A DNA stretch of 64,000 bases from Nitrosopumilaceae archaeon (GTDB lineage Archaea > Thermoproteota > Nitrososphaeria > Nitrososphaerales > Nitrosopumilaceae): contig CBDBCR010000004.1 of assembly GCA_965203465.1 (NCBI GenBank), forward strand, positions 14,277-78,276, in the 5' to 3' direction. Below, in pieces: positions 51,326 to 61,907 of this stretch. The stretch's first letter is position 1; every line of letters begins with the position of its first letter. The notes below the pieces were generated by a model. That model did not search any database, was not told the origin of the DNA, and worked only from the letters and a program-made list of their open reading frames with translations. Position numbers and translations under genes: made by a program.

Positions 51326-51349
51326 GGCGGGGGTTCGCCGCCTGATCTT

Positions 51350-52351
51350 TTAACTCTTGCGTGCCGGCGCGCGCACCGGCACCACGTGTATAGCGCAATG
51401 GCGGGACTTGTCCTCCGACGTGCCAGTCTCGAGTTCTATCCGGTATTTGCACCCCGGGCCGTATTCTTTCTTGTGGCTCCGTAGCGTCTCAAGCCAACCG
51501 TCTATCGTGGCCGGCGGCTGGCCCTGCCTGGCTTCCACCGGTCCGACCAGCGTCTCGAGCAGGCTGTGCATCATGGCGCGCTCGGGCGGGCGCAGATCGA
51601 AATAACTCGGTGTGTGCCTCTTTGGCATCACGACCGCGTGCGGGCGCACGTACGGGCGCCGGATCCAAGCGGCGCCGGCCAGAAAATTCTCCACGCCCAT
51701 CTTGACGTGCCTGCACATGAAGCATTTTTTGTGGCCGAACGCCTTGCGGTTGATCTCTGCCAGAAAGTCGAGGTCGTCGCGATCCCTCTTTTGTCTGTTG
51801 CACTCGTAGCAGAGCGCTTGCAGGTTGGATATGTCGTCCGTGCCGCCCCTGCTCTTGGGCATTATGTGATCCACGTCGAGCGGCACTTTTCGGCTCGACA
51901 CGCCGCAGGCCACGCAACGGCCGGCCGACTTTGATATCACGGTGTACCTCTTGGAGCCGCTGATCGGCTTACGGGGGCTGTACCGGTCGTAATGAGGCAG
52001 CAGGCCTTTTCTCTCCTTGTACTCTGACAGCCTGAGCCTGCACGCAACTACCAAGTTCTCGCGCTGCTCTGACGTCAGCCCAGATACGTTGAGCGTAAAC
52101 ATGCGGTTGCGGTTGCCGCGGCCCGACTCTGTGATCGCGCCGCGGTTTTTGAGCGTTTTGCGGGGCCACCTGTTGACGATCTCGACATAGTAGTCGAGCT
52201 GTGCAGGATCGCTACTCAAAAACTTAGAGGCCACTTGCCGGGCACTCGCCGTGCCCCCGTTATTCAGCAGGGTTTCGAGCATGATGGGCTGGTACACGTG
52301 CGTCATGCTCATACCATTCTCTATAAAGTCGAGCAGTTCTGCATAGTCCAA
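51350..52351 (-). CDS. HNH endonuclease fused to a HIT-like domain
   Basis: CVACG...VDHIMP..RGG.DDISNLQALCYECN; CFMC, PHAVVMPKRH, HCAIHVVP. Confidence 0.8.
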   Translation of the reverse strand: MDYAELLDFIENGMSMTHVYQPIMLETLLNNGGTASARQVASKFLSSDPAQLDYYVEIVNRWPRKTLKNRGAITESGRGNRNRMFTLNVSGLTSEQRENLVVACRLRLSEYKERKGLLPHYDRYSPRKPISGSKRYTVISKSAGRCVACGVSSRKVPLDVDHIMPKSRGGTDDISNLQALCYECNRQKRDRDDLDFLAEINRKAFGHKKCFMCRHVKMGVENFLAGAAWIRRPYVRPHAVVMPKRHTPSYFDLRPPERAMMHSLLETLVGPVEARQGQPPATIDGWLETLRSHKKEYGPGCKYRIELETGTSEDKSRHCAIHVVPVRAPARKS

Positions 52352-52579
52352 CTCTGCGCGGCCGGCGCGGAGGTGATTTAAGCGCAGCGCGCCCTGCTAC
52401 ACGGCCGACTGCGCTGGCTGTCCTTGACCAAGTTGCAGAGGTCGCGGAGCTGGCATGCATGCCTGCGTCCGTACATGCGGTATGCGACACCGCCAAGAAC
52501 CGGCGTTTACATCGATCGTGCCGACGTGCCTATGGCACACCTATCCCACGAATTGAAAGGCCGACTATCTGCGCCTCAA

Positions 52580-53846
52580 GGGGTTGCCGCACAATTCCCC
52601 CGTGAATCGCCCAAAGCGGCGGATTCCGTCGTTTTGAGGGTTCGGCGGCAGGCGAGGCGGCCTGATTCCCCCGGAGGGCCGTTTCCTGCCCGTCAGAGCC
52701 CTTGCAGATTACCTCGCAGCGGCAGTTTCCGCGGCGCACCGGATCCGGTTCAGCGCGCGCACGTTCCACGTTATCGCGAGCAGCATGCCGAACCTCTCCT
52801 GCGTCTCCTTTTTCCTGTACCGGCAGAGCAGCCGCCGGGCGCGCGTCTCCTCTGCCCCGAACATGCCCTCTACCATCCTCGCTTCCCGTGGCGCACCCGA
52901 TCGAACAGGGCAGCGGCCCTGCGCCGGAAACGCTTGCCGACGTTGCGCCTGTTGCCGCTGTTCTCCATGCTCTTTCTCTGATCGATGTTGGGGCGCATGC
53001 CCATGTCGAAGACGGTCTTGCAGTTCCGGTCCGAGTCGTACCCCCTGTCGGCGTGGAACCACCAGCCGACGAAACTGCGCCCAAGTTTCTTGGCCTTTTC
53101 AAGGAGCGAGGGCAGCATGTCGGTGTCGGCCACGTTGCTGGGCGTCATCTCGCACGAGAGTATTATCTGCAGCTGCAGCACCGCGAAAATGTGCTATTTC
53201 AGGTACGATTTTGCGCGCGACGGTCTCTTTGCCGGTCTTTTTGCCCATCTTTGCCTTGTCTTCGTACCTGTCGGTCTCCACGCCGGTGCTGTCCGCCGCC
53301 GCGTCGGCCTCGGCCGCCTCGCCGATCCCGGCCTTTTTCAGACACGCGTTGGCAATCTCGGCCACCATGTCTTCGAGCCACTGCATGTCGAGCTCCGCGT
53401 GCGCCCTCCAAACGGTCGTGTTGTCCGGAACGAGCCAGTCCAGATCCAGATCCCAAGACGCCGCCGCGGTCTCGGCGTCATAGGACGAGAGGTTGAAGTG
53501 GCTCATCAGGACGCACACGATGGCCATTTCGGCCCGCGGATACACCCTAGGCCTGCCGCGGCGGCTCTTGCGAACAGGCTCGGGCGGCGGGTTTTACCTC
53601 ACCGTCTCCTTGACGTGTCTGATGAAGAAAGCTTTTTCTGAGGCACGCGCTTTGTGGTATCCTGTCCAGTAGCCGTCTTGCTTTTGTTGTGGCAACGGCA
53701 AGACGGCTCTGGCGGTGATCAATAGGCATAGCGGTTGGAAAAAATTGACCGTTGGTCGGAAAAAACTGATCTGCGCGGCCCCCCTACAGGCGCCACGCCT
53801 CAGATGCGCCGGAATCCGCCATTCTGGGGAATTATGCGGCAGCCCC
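52580..53846 (-). mobile_element. IS5-like insertion sequence (~1.27 kb)
   Basis: 21-bp TIRs GGGGTTGCCGCACAATTCCCC (52580-52600) / GGGGAATTATGCGGCAGCCCC (53826-53846), 2 mismatches. Confidence 0.75.
52709..53729 (-). pseudogene. Frameshifted DDE (IS5-type) transposase
   Basis: Fragments carry ADSTG, HADRGYDS and VEGMFG in different frames. Confidence 0.75.
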
Positions 53847-53903
53847 GGATCAACCACGCCCGGCGCGGATCTGAATTAAATACGGCGCCCCGGCCGCCGC
53901 GGC

Positions 53904-55199
53904 GTGGAACTCGGCGGCATGCGCAGGACGCACAGGGCCTCGGAGCTGGACCCCTCGCTGGGCGGCCAAAAGGCCACCCTGATGGGCTGGGTTTCCAGCG
54001 TGCGCGGCCACGGGGCCATATCGTTTTTGACGCTCAGGGACGGGCCCGGCTCGGCGCAGGTGGTCGCAAAAAAGGGCGACTGCCCCGACGGGGTCCTGGA
54101 CGCGGTGCGGTCGCTAAAGCCGCACTCGTCGGTGGGCGTGTCCGGCACGCTGAGGCCCTCGCCGCGCGCGCCCGGCGGGGTGGAGCTGGCAGCCGAGGCC
54201 GTCTCGGTCTTTACGGAGGCCTCCAAGGTGCCGCCGTTCGAGCCGCAGTCGAGGACGGTGAAGAACATAGAGACGCGCCTCGCCGTGCGTTTCATCGACC
54301 TGCGCCGCGAATCGCTACAGCATGTCTTTTACGCGCGCGACCGCGTCCTGCAGGCGGCGCGCGCGTACCTGTCCGGCGACGGCTTTGTCGAGACGCACAC
54401 GCCAAAGCTCATAGCCAGCGCCACCGAGGGCGGGGCCGCGCTGTTTTCGATATTCTTCTACAACCGCGCGGCGTTTCTGGCCCAGAGCCCGCAGCTGTAC
54501 AAGGAGCAGCTGACCATGAGCCTCGACAGGGTCTACGAGATAGCACCCATATTCAGGGCCGAGGCCTCGCGCACGCAGAGGCACCTCTCCGAGGCCATAT
54601 CGATAGACATGGAGGAGGCCTTTGCCGACTACGGCGACGTGATGGACCGGATAGAGCGGCTGGTCGGCGCGGCCTCGGCCGCCGCCTCGCAGTACGCCGC
54701 AGAGCGCCCCGGCTCCATCGAGGCGCCGCGGGTCGGCAAGATACCCCGCTACGCGTACTCTGACCTAGTCGAGCGGCTCCGGGAGTCGGGGGCAAAGACC
54801 GAGTTCGGCGACGACCTGTACCCGTCGGCGCTGCGGCGCCTGGGCCTGGAGGGTTTCTACTTTGTCACCGACTGGCCGCTGGGCCCAAAGCCGTTCTACG
54901 TAAAGCGGCACCGCGACAATCCGGAGCTGTCCGAGTCGTTCGACCTGATGTTCGGCGACCTGGAGATATCGTCTGGCAGCACCAGGGTGGCCGGCAGGGC
55001 CGAGCTGGAGGAGCGGCTCTCGGCCAAGGGCATGGATCCGTCGGCGTTCGGCTACCACCTCGACGCGTTCGACTACGGCGTGCCCCCGCACGCCGGCTGC
55101 GGCATAGGCCTGGAGCGCCTGATGATGGCGCTGACCGGCACGGCCAACATACGCGACACGACGCTGTACCCGCGCGACGTGGACAGGCTCGTCCCGTGA
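53904..55199 (+). CDS. aspS: Aspartyl-tRNA synthetase (archaeal type, probably non-discriminating)
   Basis: OB domain, ATEGGAALF, LAQSPQLYKEQ, FRAE, PPHAGCGIGLERL, YPRD. Confidence 0.92.
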   Translation: MELGGMRRTHRASELDPSLGGQKATLMGWVSSVRGHGAISFLTLRDGPGSAQVVAKKGDCPDGVLDAVRSLKPHSSVGVSGTLRPSPRAPGGVELAAEAVSVFTEASKVPPFEPQSRTVKNIETRLAVRFIDLRRESLQHVFYARDRVLQAARAYLSGDGFVETHTPKLIASATEGGAALFSIFFYNRAAFLAQSPQLYKEQLTMSLDRVYEIAPIFRAEASRTQRHLSEAISIDMEEAFADYGDVMDRIERLVGAASAAASQYAAERPGSIEAPRVGKIPRYAYSDLVERLRESGAKTEFGDDLYPSALRRLGLEGFYFVTDWPLGPKPFYVKRHRDNPELSESFDLMFGDLEISSGSTRVAGRAELEERLSAKGMDPSAFGYHLDAFDYGVPPHAGCGIGLERLMMALTGTANIRDTTLYPRDVDRLVP

Positions 55200-55251
55200 G
55201 CGGGCCAAGCGCCGGCGGCGCACATATTGGGAAGCGATCGGGCGGCTTGGC

Positions 55252-56295
55252 ATGGACGCGCGCGTCTTTGCGGTGGCAGCGGCCCTCGCGTGCGCGTTTG
55301 CCGTAGCGGCCGAGGACGCCTACGCGCTAAAGTCGTCCGGATCCCCGGCGCTGCGCTCCGGCTCCGAGACCGCCGGCATCGTCTGCGGCGACCGCCTCTG
55401 CTCCGAGGTTCGGGCCGAAGCCCCTGCAGAGCGGGCCGCCGGGCACGCGGACGGCCTGGAGGCGATGGAAAAGGCCGCGGAGCAGATGCGCATGGCCGGG
55501 CCCGCCCTGGTGGAACTTGCCCCCGACGTGTACAGCTACTTTCTCCACGGCTTCAACAGCCTCATCGTCGTCTCTGAGGACGGCGTGCTCGTGACCGACC
55601 CGTCCAACGACGAGCGCGCCGCCGCGATAAAGGAGGCCGTGGCGGGGCTGACCGACGCGCCGGTCACCTGGATAGTGATGTCTCACGAGCACTACGACCA
55701 CGCCGGCGGCTTTGAGCCGTTCGAGGAGGCGCAGATAGCGTGCCACCAAAACTGCCAGGCCGCCTTCGACCTCGATCCGTTCGGCACCACTCCCGAATCG
55801 GTGGATCTGGAGTTTTCCGACTTTGCCGCCATACAGATGGGCGACATCGCCGTGGAACTGCACTATCTTGCGCCGGGCGACGGGGACGCGACCGCGGTCG
55901 TCTACCTGCCCGCCGAGCAGATCCTATTCACCGCCGACATTTACGAGCCGCGCGCGCTGACCCACGGCGCGTTCATGGACGACAGCAACTCGACGGGGCG
56001 CCAAAAGATCCTCAACGCGGTCTCGGAGTGGCCCCTAAAGTACGCCATAACGTCCCACTCGCCGGACATGGATCCATACTCGGTATACGAGAACGCGCGG
56101 TTCCTCAACGACCTCAACGCGGCGGTACTCGACGCGGTGGCGAACTCGGAGAGGGCCGGCTTCGCGGCCGTCTTCGAGACCTACCTGAACCCCGGCTCGG
56201 TGCGGCTGCCACAGTACTCGGACTGGGAGGGCTACGAGGAGCACATCGACAGGCACGTGCAGCGCATGGTGATGTCCATCTACCACGGCGACTAG
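55252..56295 (+). CDS. Secreted metallo-beta-lactamase-fold hydrolase
   Basis: Signal-like N-terminus; SHEHYDHAGG motif, ILFTAD. Confidence 0.85.
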   Translation: MDARVFAVAAALACAFAVAAEDAYALKSSGSPALRSGSETAGIVCGDRLCSEVRAEAPAERAAGHADGLEAMEKAAEQMRMAGPALVELAPDVYSYFLHGFNSLIVVSEDGVLVTDPSNDERAAAIKEAVAGLTDAPVTWIVMSHEHYDHAGGFEPFEEAQIACHQNCQAAFDLDPFGTTPESVDLEFSDFAAIQMGDIAVELHYLAPGDGDATAVVYLPAEQILFTADIYEPRALTHGAFMDDSNSTGRQKILNAVSEWPLKYAITSHSPDMDPYSVYENARFLNDLNAAVLDAVANSERAGFAAVFETYLNPGSVRLPQYSDWEGYEEHIDRHVQRMVMSIYHGD

Positions 56296-56327
56296 CTTAA
56301 AATAAGACCCGGCCGGCCGCGGCGCGC

Positions 56328-56600
56328 ATGGGCTCCGAGCACGTCGCGGTCGTAAAGTTCGAGCCGGTCATGCAGGTCGCAGCCGACCTGCTCTGCCGCC
56401 TCGAGCCGGGCAGGAGGCTGGTGCTGCGCGCGAGCGGCGAGGCCATACCCAACGCGGTGGCCGTGGCCAACATAATCACCAACACGATGCTAAAGGACGA
56501 GGCCAGCCTGGGCAGGATAAGCGTCGACAGCGAGGCGCCGCCGGGGATGGGAAGGATGGTCTCGACCATAGAGATAGTCGTGGACAGGAAGCCTCAGTAG
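56328..56600 (+). CDS. Alba-like nucleic-acid-binding protein
   Basis: LRASGEAIPNAVAVA...RMVSTIEIV. Confidence 0.75.
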   Translation: MGSEHVAVVKFEPVMQVAADLLCRLEPGRRLVLRASGEAIPNAVAVANIITNTMLKDEASLGRISVDSEAPPGMGRMVSTIEIVVDRKPQ

Positions 56601-57010
56601 AGGGCGCCGGGCCCCTTTACCAGCATGTTTTCGCACTCTTTGCAGACCTGCTCGTCGATGTCCGATTCGAGCTTGTGGTGTATCTCGCATATGAGCAGGC
56701 TCGACTTTACGTAGTTGCACAGGCCGATGAACTTGGCGAGGCTCGCCGGCGTGTAGGCCATGTCCGAGGCCAGCCCGCCCGCGAGATCGTCCACCAGCTC
56801 GTAGACGCGCTCGTCGGAGAGCAGCTTTGCCATCAGGGTCTGATCGCCGCGCTGGCCACGTATGTAGTTGCTCACGGCCGGCTGCGTGACGCCGAGCATC
56901 TTGGCGATGTCCTCCTCGTGGACGCCGTGCTCGCCGGCCAGCTTTTTGGCCAGTATGGCGCGCAGGGCAGGGATCAGCGTCTTTGATTCGATCTCGGCGG
57001 GGAGCAGCAC
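56594..57010 (-). CDS. Archaeal HTH transcriptional regulator (COG2522-like)
   Basis: LPAEIESKTLIPALRA, IAKMLGVTQPAVSNYIRGQRG, ICEIH. Confidence 0.85.
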   Translation of the reverse strand: MLLPAEIESKTLIPALRAILAKKLAGEHGVHEEDIAKMLGVTQPAVSNYIRGQRGDQTLMAKLLSDERVYELVDDLAGGLASDMAYTPASLAKFIGLCNYVKSSLLICEIHHKLESDIDEQVCKECENMLVKGPGALY

Positions 57011-57054
57011 GGAGCAGGCCCCGGCCCGTGCTGATTTAAGTCTGCCCAATGCCG

Positions 57055-57779
57055 TTAGTCCCGCCTAACAACGGGGCCCCGCAGTCCGGATCCTGCGTGG
57101 GCCGTCGCGAGGCGCCGGTGCTCTCGTGTATATCTTTTCATGAACCACTTCAAGAATGGCAGATCGTCGTCCCTTGTCTGCAATTTTTCCAGCGCGTTGT
57201 AATACGAGCCGCGGTGGCCGTATCCTATGTCCAACATGGGATAGCCGTGCCTGTTTAGCACAAAGTCCATCATCAGCTTTGTCCTCCCGTTCCCGTCGCC
57301 GAACGGGTGTATGGTAACGAACTTGAGATGGACGAGGGCCGCAAGCTGGACGGGGTTCATCTTTCTTTTGCTAGAGTTGTACCACCTGAAAAAACCCCTG
57401 ACCAGGGCGCCGACCGGCTTGTTTGCCGGGGTGATTCCGTAGTCCAGAAAAAGCGCCGTGTCCTTGAGCGTCAGTGCAGATCCCTCGATTCTCTGCGTAT
57501 TGTACGTGAACCTGACGGAAAAATTCCCGAGGTTTTTTTAGCGGATGGACTTTGGAATGGATTTCATCTCTTTTTGGGTCCTCTTTTCACGGATTCCAGC
57601 AGCGGCAGCCACCTGTCCGCCTCTATCCTTGCGGCGAAGGTTTTTTTCCTCTCCTCGACGTCGCTAGGAATGGCCCTTCCCAGATACTCTTCGTGCTGTC
57701 TGCGGGCGCCGTTTTTCGAATCGTGGTGGAGGTAATAGTAGGTGCGCCCCGATCTGATCCTCCTTACGACGCTCGCCAC
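57055..57779 (-). pseudogene. Fic-domain protein, fragmented with apparent internal deletion
   Basis: HPFGDGNGR motif; FTYNTQRIEGSALT; frameshift, stop and missing middle segment. Confidence 0.75.
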
Positions 57780-57943
57780 GCGCGGGCGTGCCCAGGAACT
57801 TATTTATTTTTTCCAGAATCCTCGGATTTTTCCTGGGTACGTCTGATCGGCCCGGAATCCACAAATCTGCGATCTTCGGCCCCGATCCGGCAATGCCCAC
57901 GACCTGCGGCGGGACGCTAGGCAACCTCTTACCCGCTGCCGGC

Positions 57944-59449
57944 CTAGACCAGCGCCAGGAACACGGCGGCAGGCACTACAGAATAGTCGCGCCTCTGATC
58001 GAACTCGTCCTTCGACAGCACCAGCCCCCTGCACGATCCTGCAAAGCCGGCGATCCCGCCCAGCTCGCGGTGGTCGACGCGGTTCCTGTACTTTACCTCT
58101 ATTGGAACCTCGAGCTCGTCCCTCTTGTAAAAGACAAAGTCCACCTCGCGCCCCCTCCGGTCGCTCCAGAAAAAGACGCGGCGGCTGTACGCGAAACTCT
58201 GCGGATTGTAGGCAGTGTCGCTCGCGAGCCTGATTAGGTGGTCTGCCACTATTCCTTCCGCGATCCTGCCGGCCCACGCCGGATCGCCCGCCGTCAGCTC
58301 GGACTGGCCGAAAGGATCTGCGTGATCGGACCATGGGCCGAACAGGTGCATGTAGAACGGATCGTGAAAGTAGATCTTTTTGGATCCCGAAAGCCGGGGG
58401 ATCTTTTTTCGCTCGCCGTACTTGTAAATCACGGCGACGACCGAGAGATCCTTGAGCGAGAGCACGCCGCTGCGCGTCGACTCCCACCCCCCTAGATCGG
58501 CCTGGCGCCGCAGCCCGTCCCACGACACGGCGGAGCAGGCGCTGTCCACGATGGCTCTTCCGAGCTGTTCTAGCGCATAGTTGCCGTGCCTGCCCCAGTC
58601 GCTCGTTATGCCGTCGCGGTACGCCGCGTACGTCGCGCGCCCGATCCCGCCCGTCCGGACCATCTCGTCGACGATCCTCGGTATCCCGCCCGACAGCATG
58701 TACGATTCCAAATGGCGCTGCAAGTCTGATCCGAACCTGGAGTGAACTTCTTCCATGATGTCGGGCGCGTCGCCGGACATGGCATCGCGCAGTGCGTCGT
58801 GCTTCTTGTCGGCCGACGCCAGACCCCGTTCGCTGAAAAACCCCGCGATCGCGGGATCCGTTGCGCAGACAAACTCGGAGAACCTCATCGGGGCGAGCAG
58901 CCTGTCGTACGCATCTTTGGTCAGCCCGCGCCGGCCAGGAAGCCTCTCGGTGGCGCGCAAAATGGACTGGGCGCGCGAACCGGTGGCAAGGACGGTGCAG
59001 TCGGGCAGCTGCTCCGTGTCCACGAGCCACTTGATCCCCTTTTGCCACCCTGGAACGGACGTTATCTCGTCTAGGAACATGTACGCCCTCCCCCGCCGCT
59101 TGCCCCTGCTGGCGAGGACGTATTCCAGTATGATCTCGGCCATCTCTGATCGAGAATCGACCATGTCGAAGGAATAGTAGAATATGTTCCACGGATGCGT
59201 GCCGCTCTCGAGGAACTCCCGTATCTGGAGTTTTATCAGGGTGGTCTTGCCCACCTGCCTCGTGCCCCTCAGCGTGTAGATCACGCTGTTGCCGGATTCG
59301 TATTCGTACCGGATCTGTCCCCGCAGCGACGGATCGTAGCGTATGTGGGATTCTCTGACTTTGACTATCTGCGCGTCCTCGTCGATGCGCGCTTTGTCCG
59401 TCCACCACGGGTTGAAACTCCACAGCGTGCTGCGGGCCGCCATGCCCAT
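57944..59449 (-). CDS. AAA+ ATPase/DUF4143 (COG1373-like), paralogue 2
   Basis: NPWW, GTRQVGKTT, MFLDE, SGGIP, KIYFHDP, EVDFV..PIEVK. Confidence 0.9.
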   Translation of the reverse strand: MGMAARSTLWSFNPWWTDKARIDEDAQIVKVRESHIRYDPSLRGQIRYEYESGNSVIYTLRGTRQVGKTTLIKLQIREFLESGTHPWNIFYYSFDMVDSRSEMAEIILEYVLASRGKRRGRAYMFLDEITSVPGWQKGIKWLVDTEQLPDCTVLATGSRAQSILRATERLPGRRGLTKDAYDRLLAPMRFSEFVCATDPAIAGFFSERGLASADKKHDALRDAMSGDAPDIMEEVHSRFGSDLQRHLESYMLSGGIPRIVDEMVRTGGIGRATYAAYRDGITSDWGRHGNYALEQLGRAIVDSACSAVSWDGLRRQADLGGWESTRSGVLSLKDLSVVAVIYKYGERKKIPRLSGSKKIYFHDPFYMHLFGPWSDHADPFGQSELTAGDPAWAGRIAEGIVADHLIRLASDTAYNPQSFAYSRRVFFWSDRRGREVDFVFYKRDELEVPIEVKYRNRVDHRELGGIAGFAGSCRGLVLSKDEFDQRRDYSVVPAAVFLALV

Positions 59450-59465
59450 TCCTGCACAAAGTGTC

Positions 59466-59640
59466 TTATATAGTCTCTATCTTGAACAGAGGTTTTCATT
59501 ATATAGTCTGGAATAAATGGTGTAGTTCTTATATACTCTTTTGAGCAAGGCTGGAATGATATTAAATAGTCTTCACCGCAACCCGCGAGGTTCATTATAT
59601 AGTGTCTTTTGAGACGCGCGGGGTTCATTATATAGTACAT
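59466..59640. repeat. Six TTATATAGT-like boxes at ~33-bp period
   Basis: Starts at 59466, 59499, 59529, 59562, 59595, 59628. Confidence 0.8.
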
Positions 59641-59652
59641 TTCAAGCAGGCG

Positions 59653-59941
59653 GTAAGCGGCCAAGTCTGCGACGGGCGCCTGCAAAACTCGGCATTGCCG
59701 ATCTGCGACGGGCGCCCGTACGTCTTTACGTCCGCTACGCATCCGGAACGCGCCCCGCGAACAACTGGGCCGAAAGGACGCTCCGCCCCGTCGCGATCCA
59801 GCGCCCGATCAGGAAGCGCCGCGTAGCCTGGGGGACGAGAGCGCTCAGCAGGATAACGGCCTGCGCGCCGACCTGGCGCAAGCGGGGCCCGAACGCCTAC
59901 GACGAGTTCTGCCGGTGCCTATCGGCGACCTGGCCGCTTAC
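59653..59941 (+). mobile_element. Non-autonomous IS66 derivative (289 bp)
   Basis: TIRs GTAAGCGGCCA(A/G)GTC; 8-bp TSD AGCAGGCG/AGCAGGTG; TnpC C-terminal remnants NNWAERTLRPVAIQR and TWRKRGPNAYDEF. Confidence 0.85.
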
Positions 59942-59970
59942 AGCAGGTGGGTGTCTCTGGGTTCAGTTTT

Positions 59971-60060
59971 TGGTTATAAAGAACCTGGCAGCGGATCCGG
60001 TCTCTGGTTATAAAGAACCTGGCACCGGATCCGGTTTTTATTTATAATATGGCTGGCAGT
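59971..60060. repeat. 34-bp tandem repeat containing TTATAA (2 copies + 1 degenerate)
   Basis: TGGTTATAAAGAACCTGGCA(G/C)CGGATCCGGT twice; TTATAA at 59974, 60008, 60042. Confidence 0.8.
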
Positions 60061-60069
60061 ATTAACGAC

Positions 60070-61561
60070 ATGACGATGTTGCACCTGTTTAAGCACAATC
60101 CTTGGTGGACAGACGCAGCTCATACAAGACGCGCCGGAGATTCTGGCGTGGGCAGAGTCGGGATTCCGGCGCGGCCCCTTGGAAGAGATCAGTTTTGAGC
60201 CGGACGACGCAGTCTATTCACTGCGCGGCCCGCGGCAGGTAGGAAAGACCACCCTGCTCAAGCTGGAGATCAAGAGGCTTCTTGAGGCAGGCGTGCCTGC
60301 AAAGAACGTGTTTTACTATTCGTTCGATCTAGAGAGCAGCCCGCGGGACGTGGCCGACATAATGGGCGAATACCTCGAGTGGTCCGAACCTGCCGGCGAG
60401 GAGCGCAGGTTTCTGTTCCTCGACGAAATCTCCAACGTGTTCCACTGGCAGCGCGCGATCAAGAGCCTCAAAGACACGGGCAGACTCCGCCGCTGCACTG
60501 TGGTTACCACGGGATCTCACTCTGTAGATCTGCGCCGTTCTGCGGAACTGCTTCCAGGACGGAGAGGGAGACCAAGCGACAGCCTGGACAAGATCATGCT
60601 TCCGATGAGCTTTGCGCAGTACATCTCTGCCGTGGACGAGGATCTTGGATCGGCTGTACTGAAAGGCTTGCTTGCCACGCACCGGGGCAGTCTGTCCGCC
60701 GTCCGAGATCTGGCGCGCGGCAGGATCGCAGCGGAGGTAAAGCGCGCTTACACGATGCAGGCAAAACTCGACCGGTGCCTTGATGGATACATGGTGTCCG
60801 GAGGGCTGCCCCTCGCGGTGCTGGATTTTGCGGCACGGATGACCGTCTCGCCAAAGACGTACAAAACGTACACGGACGCGGCCGAGAGCGTCGCCCAAGT
60901 TGCGGGCAAAAGCAAGTCCAAAACGTACCAGATTGCCGCAAGCATCGGAGCGTCGTCGGGATCGCCCGTGTCGTGGTCGTCGCTTATCGCCGGCACAGAC
61001 ATGGGCAGCCACCACACGGCAGAAGAATACGTCGGCATGCTGGACGACATGTTCGTCGTGTCGTTTTTGTACAGGTACGATTCTGCCGCAAACCGGCCCA
61101 AATTCGGCGCGAACAAAAAATTTACTTCCGCGATCCCCCTGTTCGCCCACGCGCTGCGCTCAAAGACCGAGCCCGCCGACGCCTTCGAGCAGAGCCTCCG
61201 AACCCTAGACGACCCCGGGGCCAGGGGCAGGCTCGCAGAGCAGATCGTGGCAGACCACGTGATTCGGATGGCGCCGGGCCTGTCGTCGCAGCGGGCCGGC
61301 TTCGATCCGCGCTATTCGGTGATGTACTGGACGTCGGCCAAGAGCGGCAGGGAGGTAGACTTTGTGGTGCGCGACGGCGGCTCGCTCATCCCGGTGGAAG
61401 TAAAGTGCCAAACGAAGGTGCGCAGGGACGACATGTGGGGGCTGACCGACTTTGCAAAGGCGACCGGAAAGGGCGGGGGCATCGTGGTGACCCGCGACGA
61501 GCTGCGCGCGGCCGGCCCCGTCTCGCTCGTCCCGGCCTCGGTGTTCCTGCTGCTGGCCTGA
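60070..61561 (+). CDS. AAA+ ATPase/DUF4143 paralogue 3 (apparent frameshifts, possibly read errors)
   Basis: MTMLHLFKHNPWW from 60070; main ORF 60179-61561 with GPRQVGKTT, FLFLDE, EVDFV..PVEVK. Confidence 0.85.
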
Positions 61562-61600
61562 GCGCGCAAGATGCGCGCGCCGGCAAGTCTCCGAAAAAGG

Positions 61601-61822
61601 CTAGAAGGGGGAAAACCCGACAAACGACAGCATGATCGGCTCTATGACCAGCCCGATGCATATCTGCACGACCGTCAGGGCTATCCCCAAGTACAGGCAG
61701 TTGCGCGCTTTTGGCGGGTCGTCGTGGCGTATGACAAAGTACGCGATCAGGCCGCCGATGACCTGCATGACTATGGGCAGCAGGAACCACCAGTTGCTCC
61801 GTCGCGCGTTGACCGTGCTCAC
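61601..61822 (-). CDS. Small membrane protein
   Basis: WWFLLPI...GGLIAYFVIRHDDP; two hydrophobic helices. Confidence 0.65.
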   Translation of the reverse strand: MSTVNARRSNWWFLLPIVMQVIGGLIAYFVIRHDDPPKARNCLYLGIALTVVQICIGLVIEPIMLSFVGFSPF

Positions 61823-61907
61823 GGGTACCGGTGGCCGCCGGCGTATTTAACTGCCGCCTAACAATGTTCGGGTTGCACATTTAACCCGACCCGCCCGCCC
61901 CGCGCGC

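Noticed and set aside
52580-53846. IS5-like element as mobiliser of the 79-bp MITEs, or a CAST-like link to the Cascades
   Set aside because: Its ends (GGGGTTGCC) differ from the MITE ends; no tnsABC/tniQ is present, and both cassettes retain Cas3 with HD motifs
61110-61142. Compensating frameshifts in ATPase paralogue 3 (KKFTSAIP in place of KKIYFRDP); possible programmed frameshift
   Set aside because: A -1 in an A-run and a +1 in a C-run about 20 bp apart is the pattern of long-read homopolymer error; indels near 12330-12360 and 60120-60180 are suspect for the same reason
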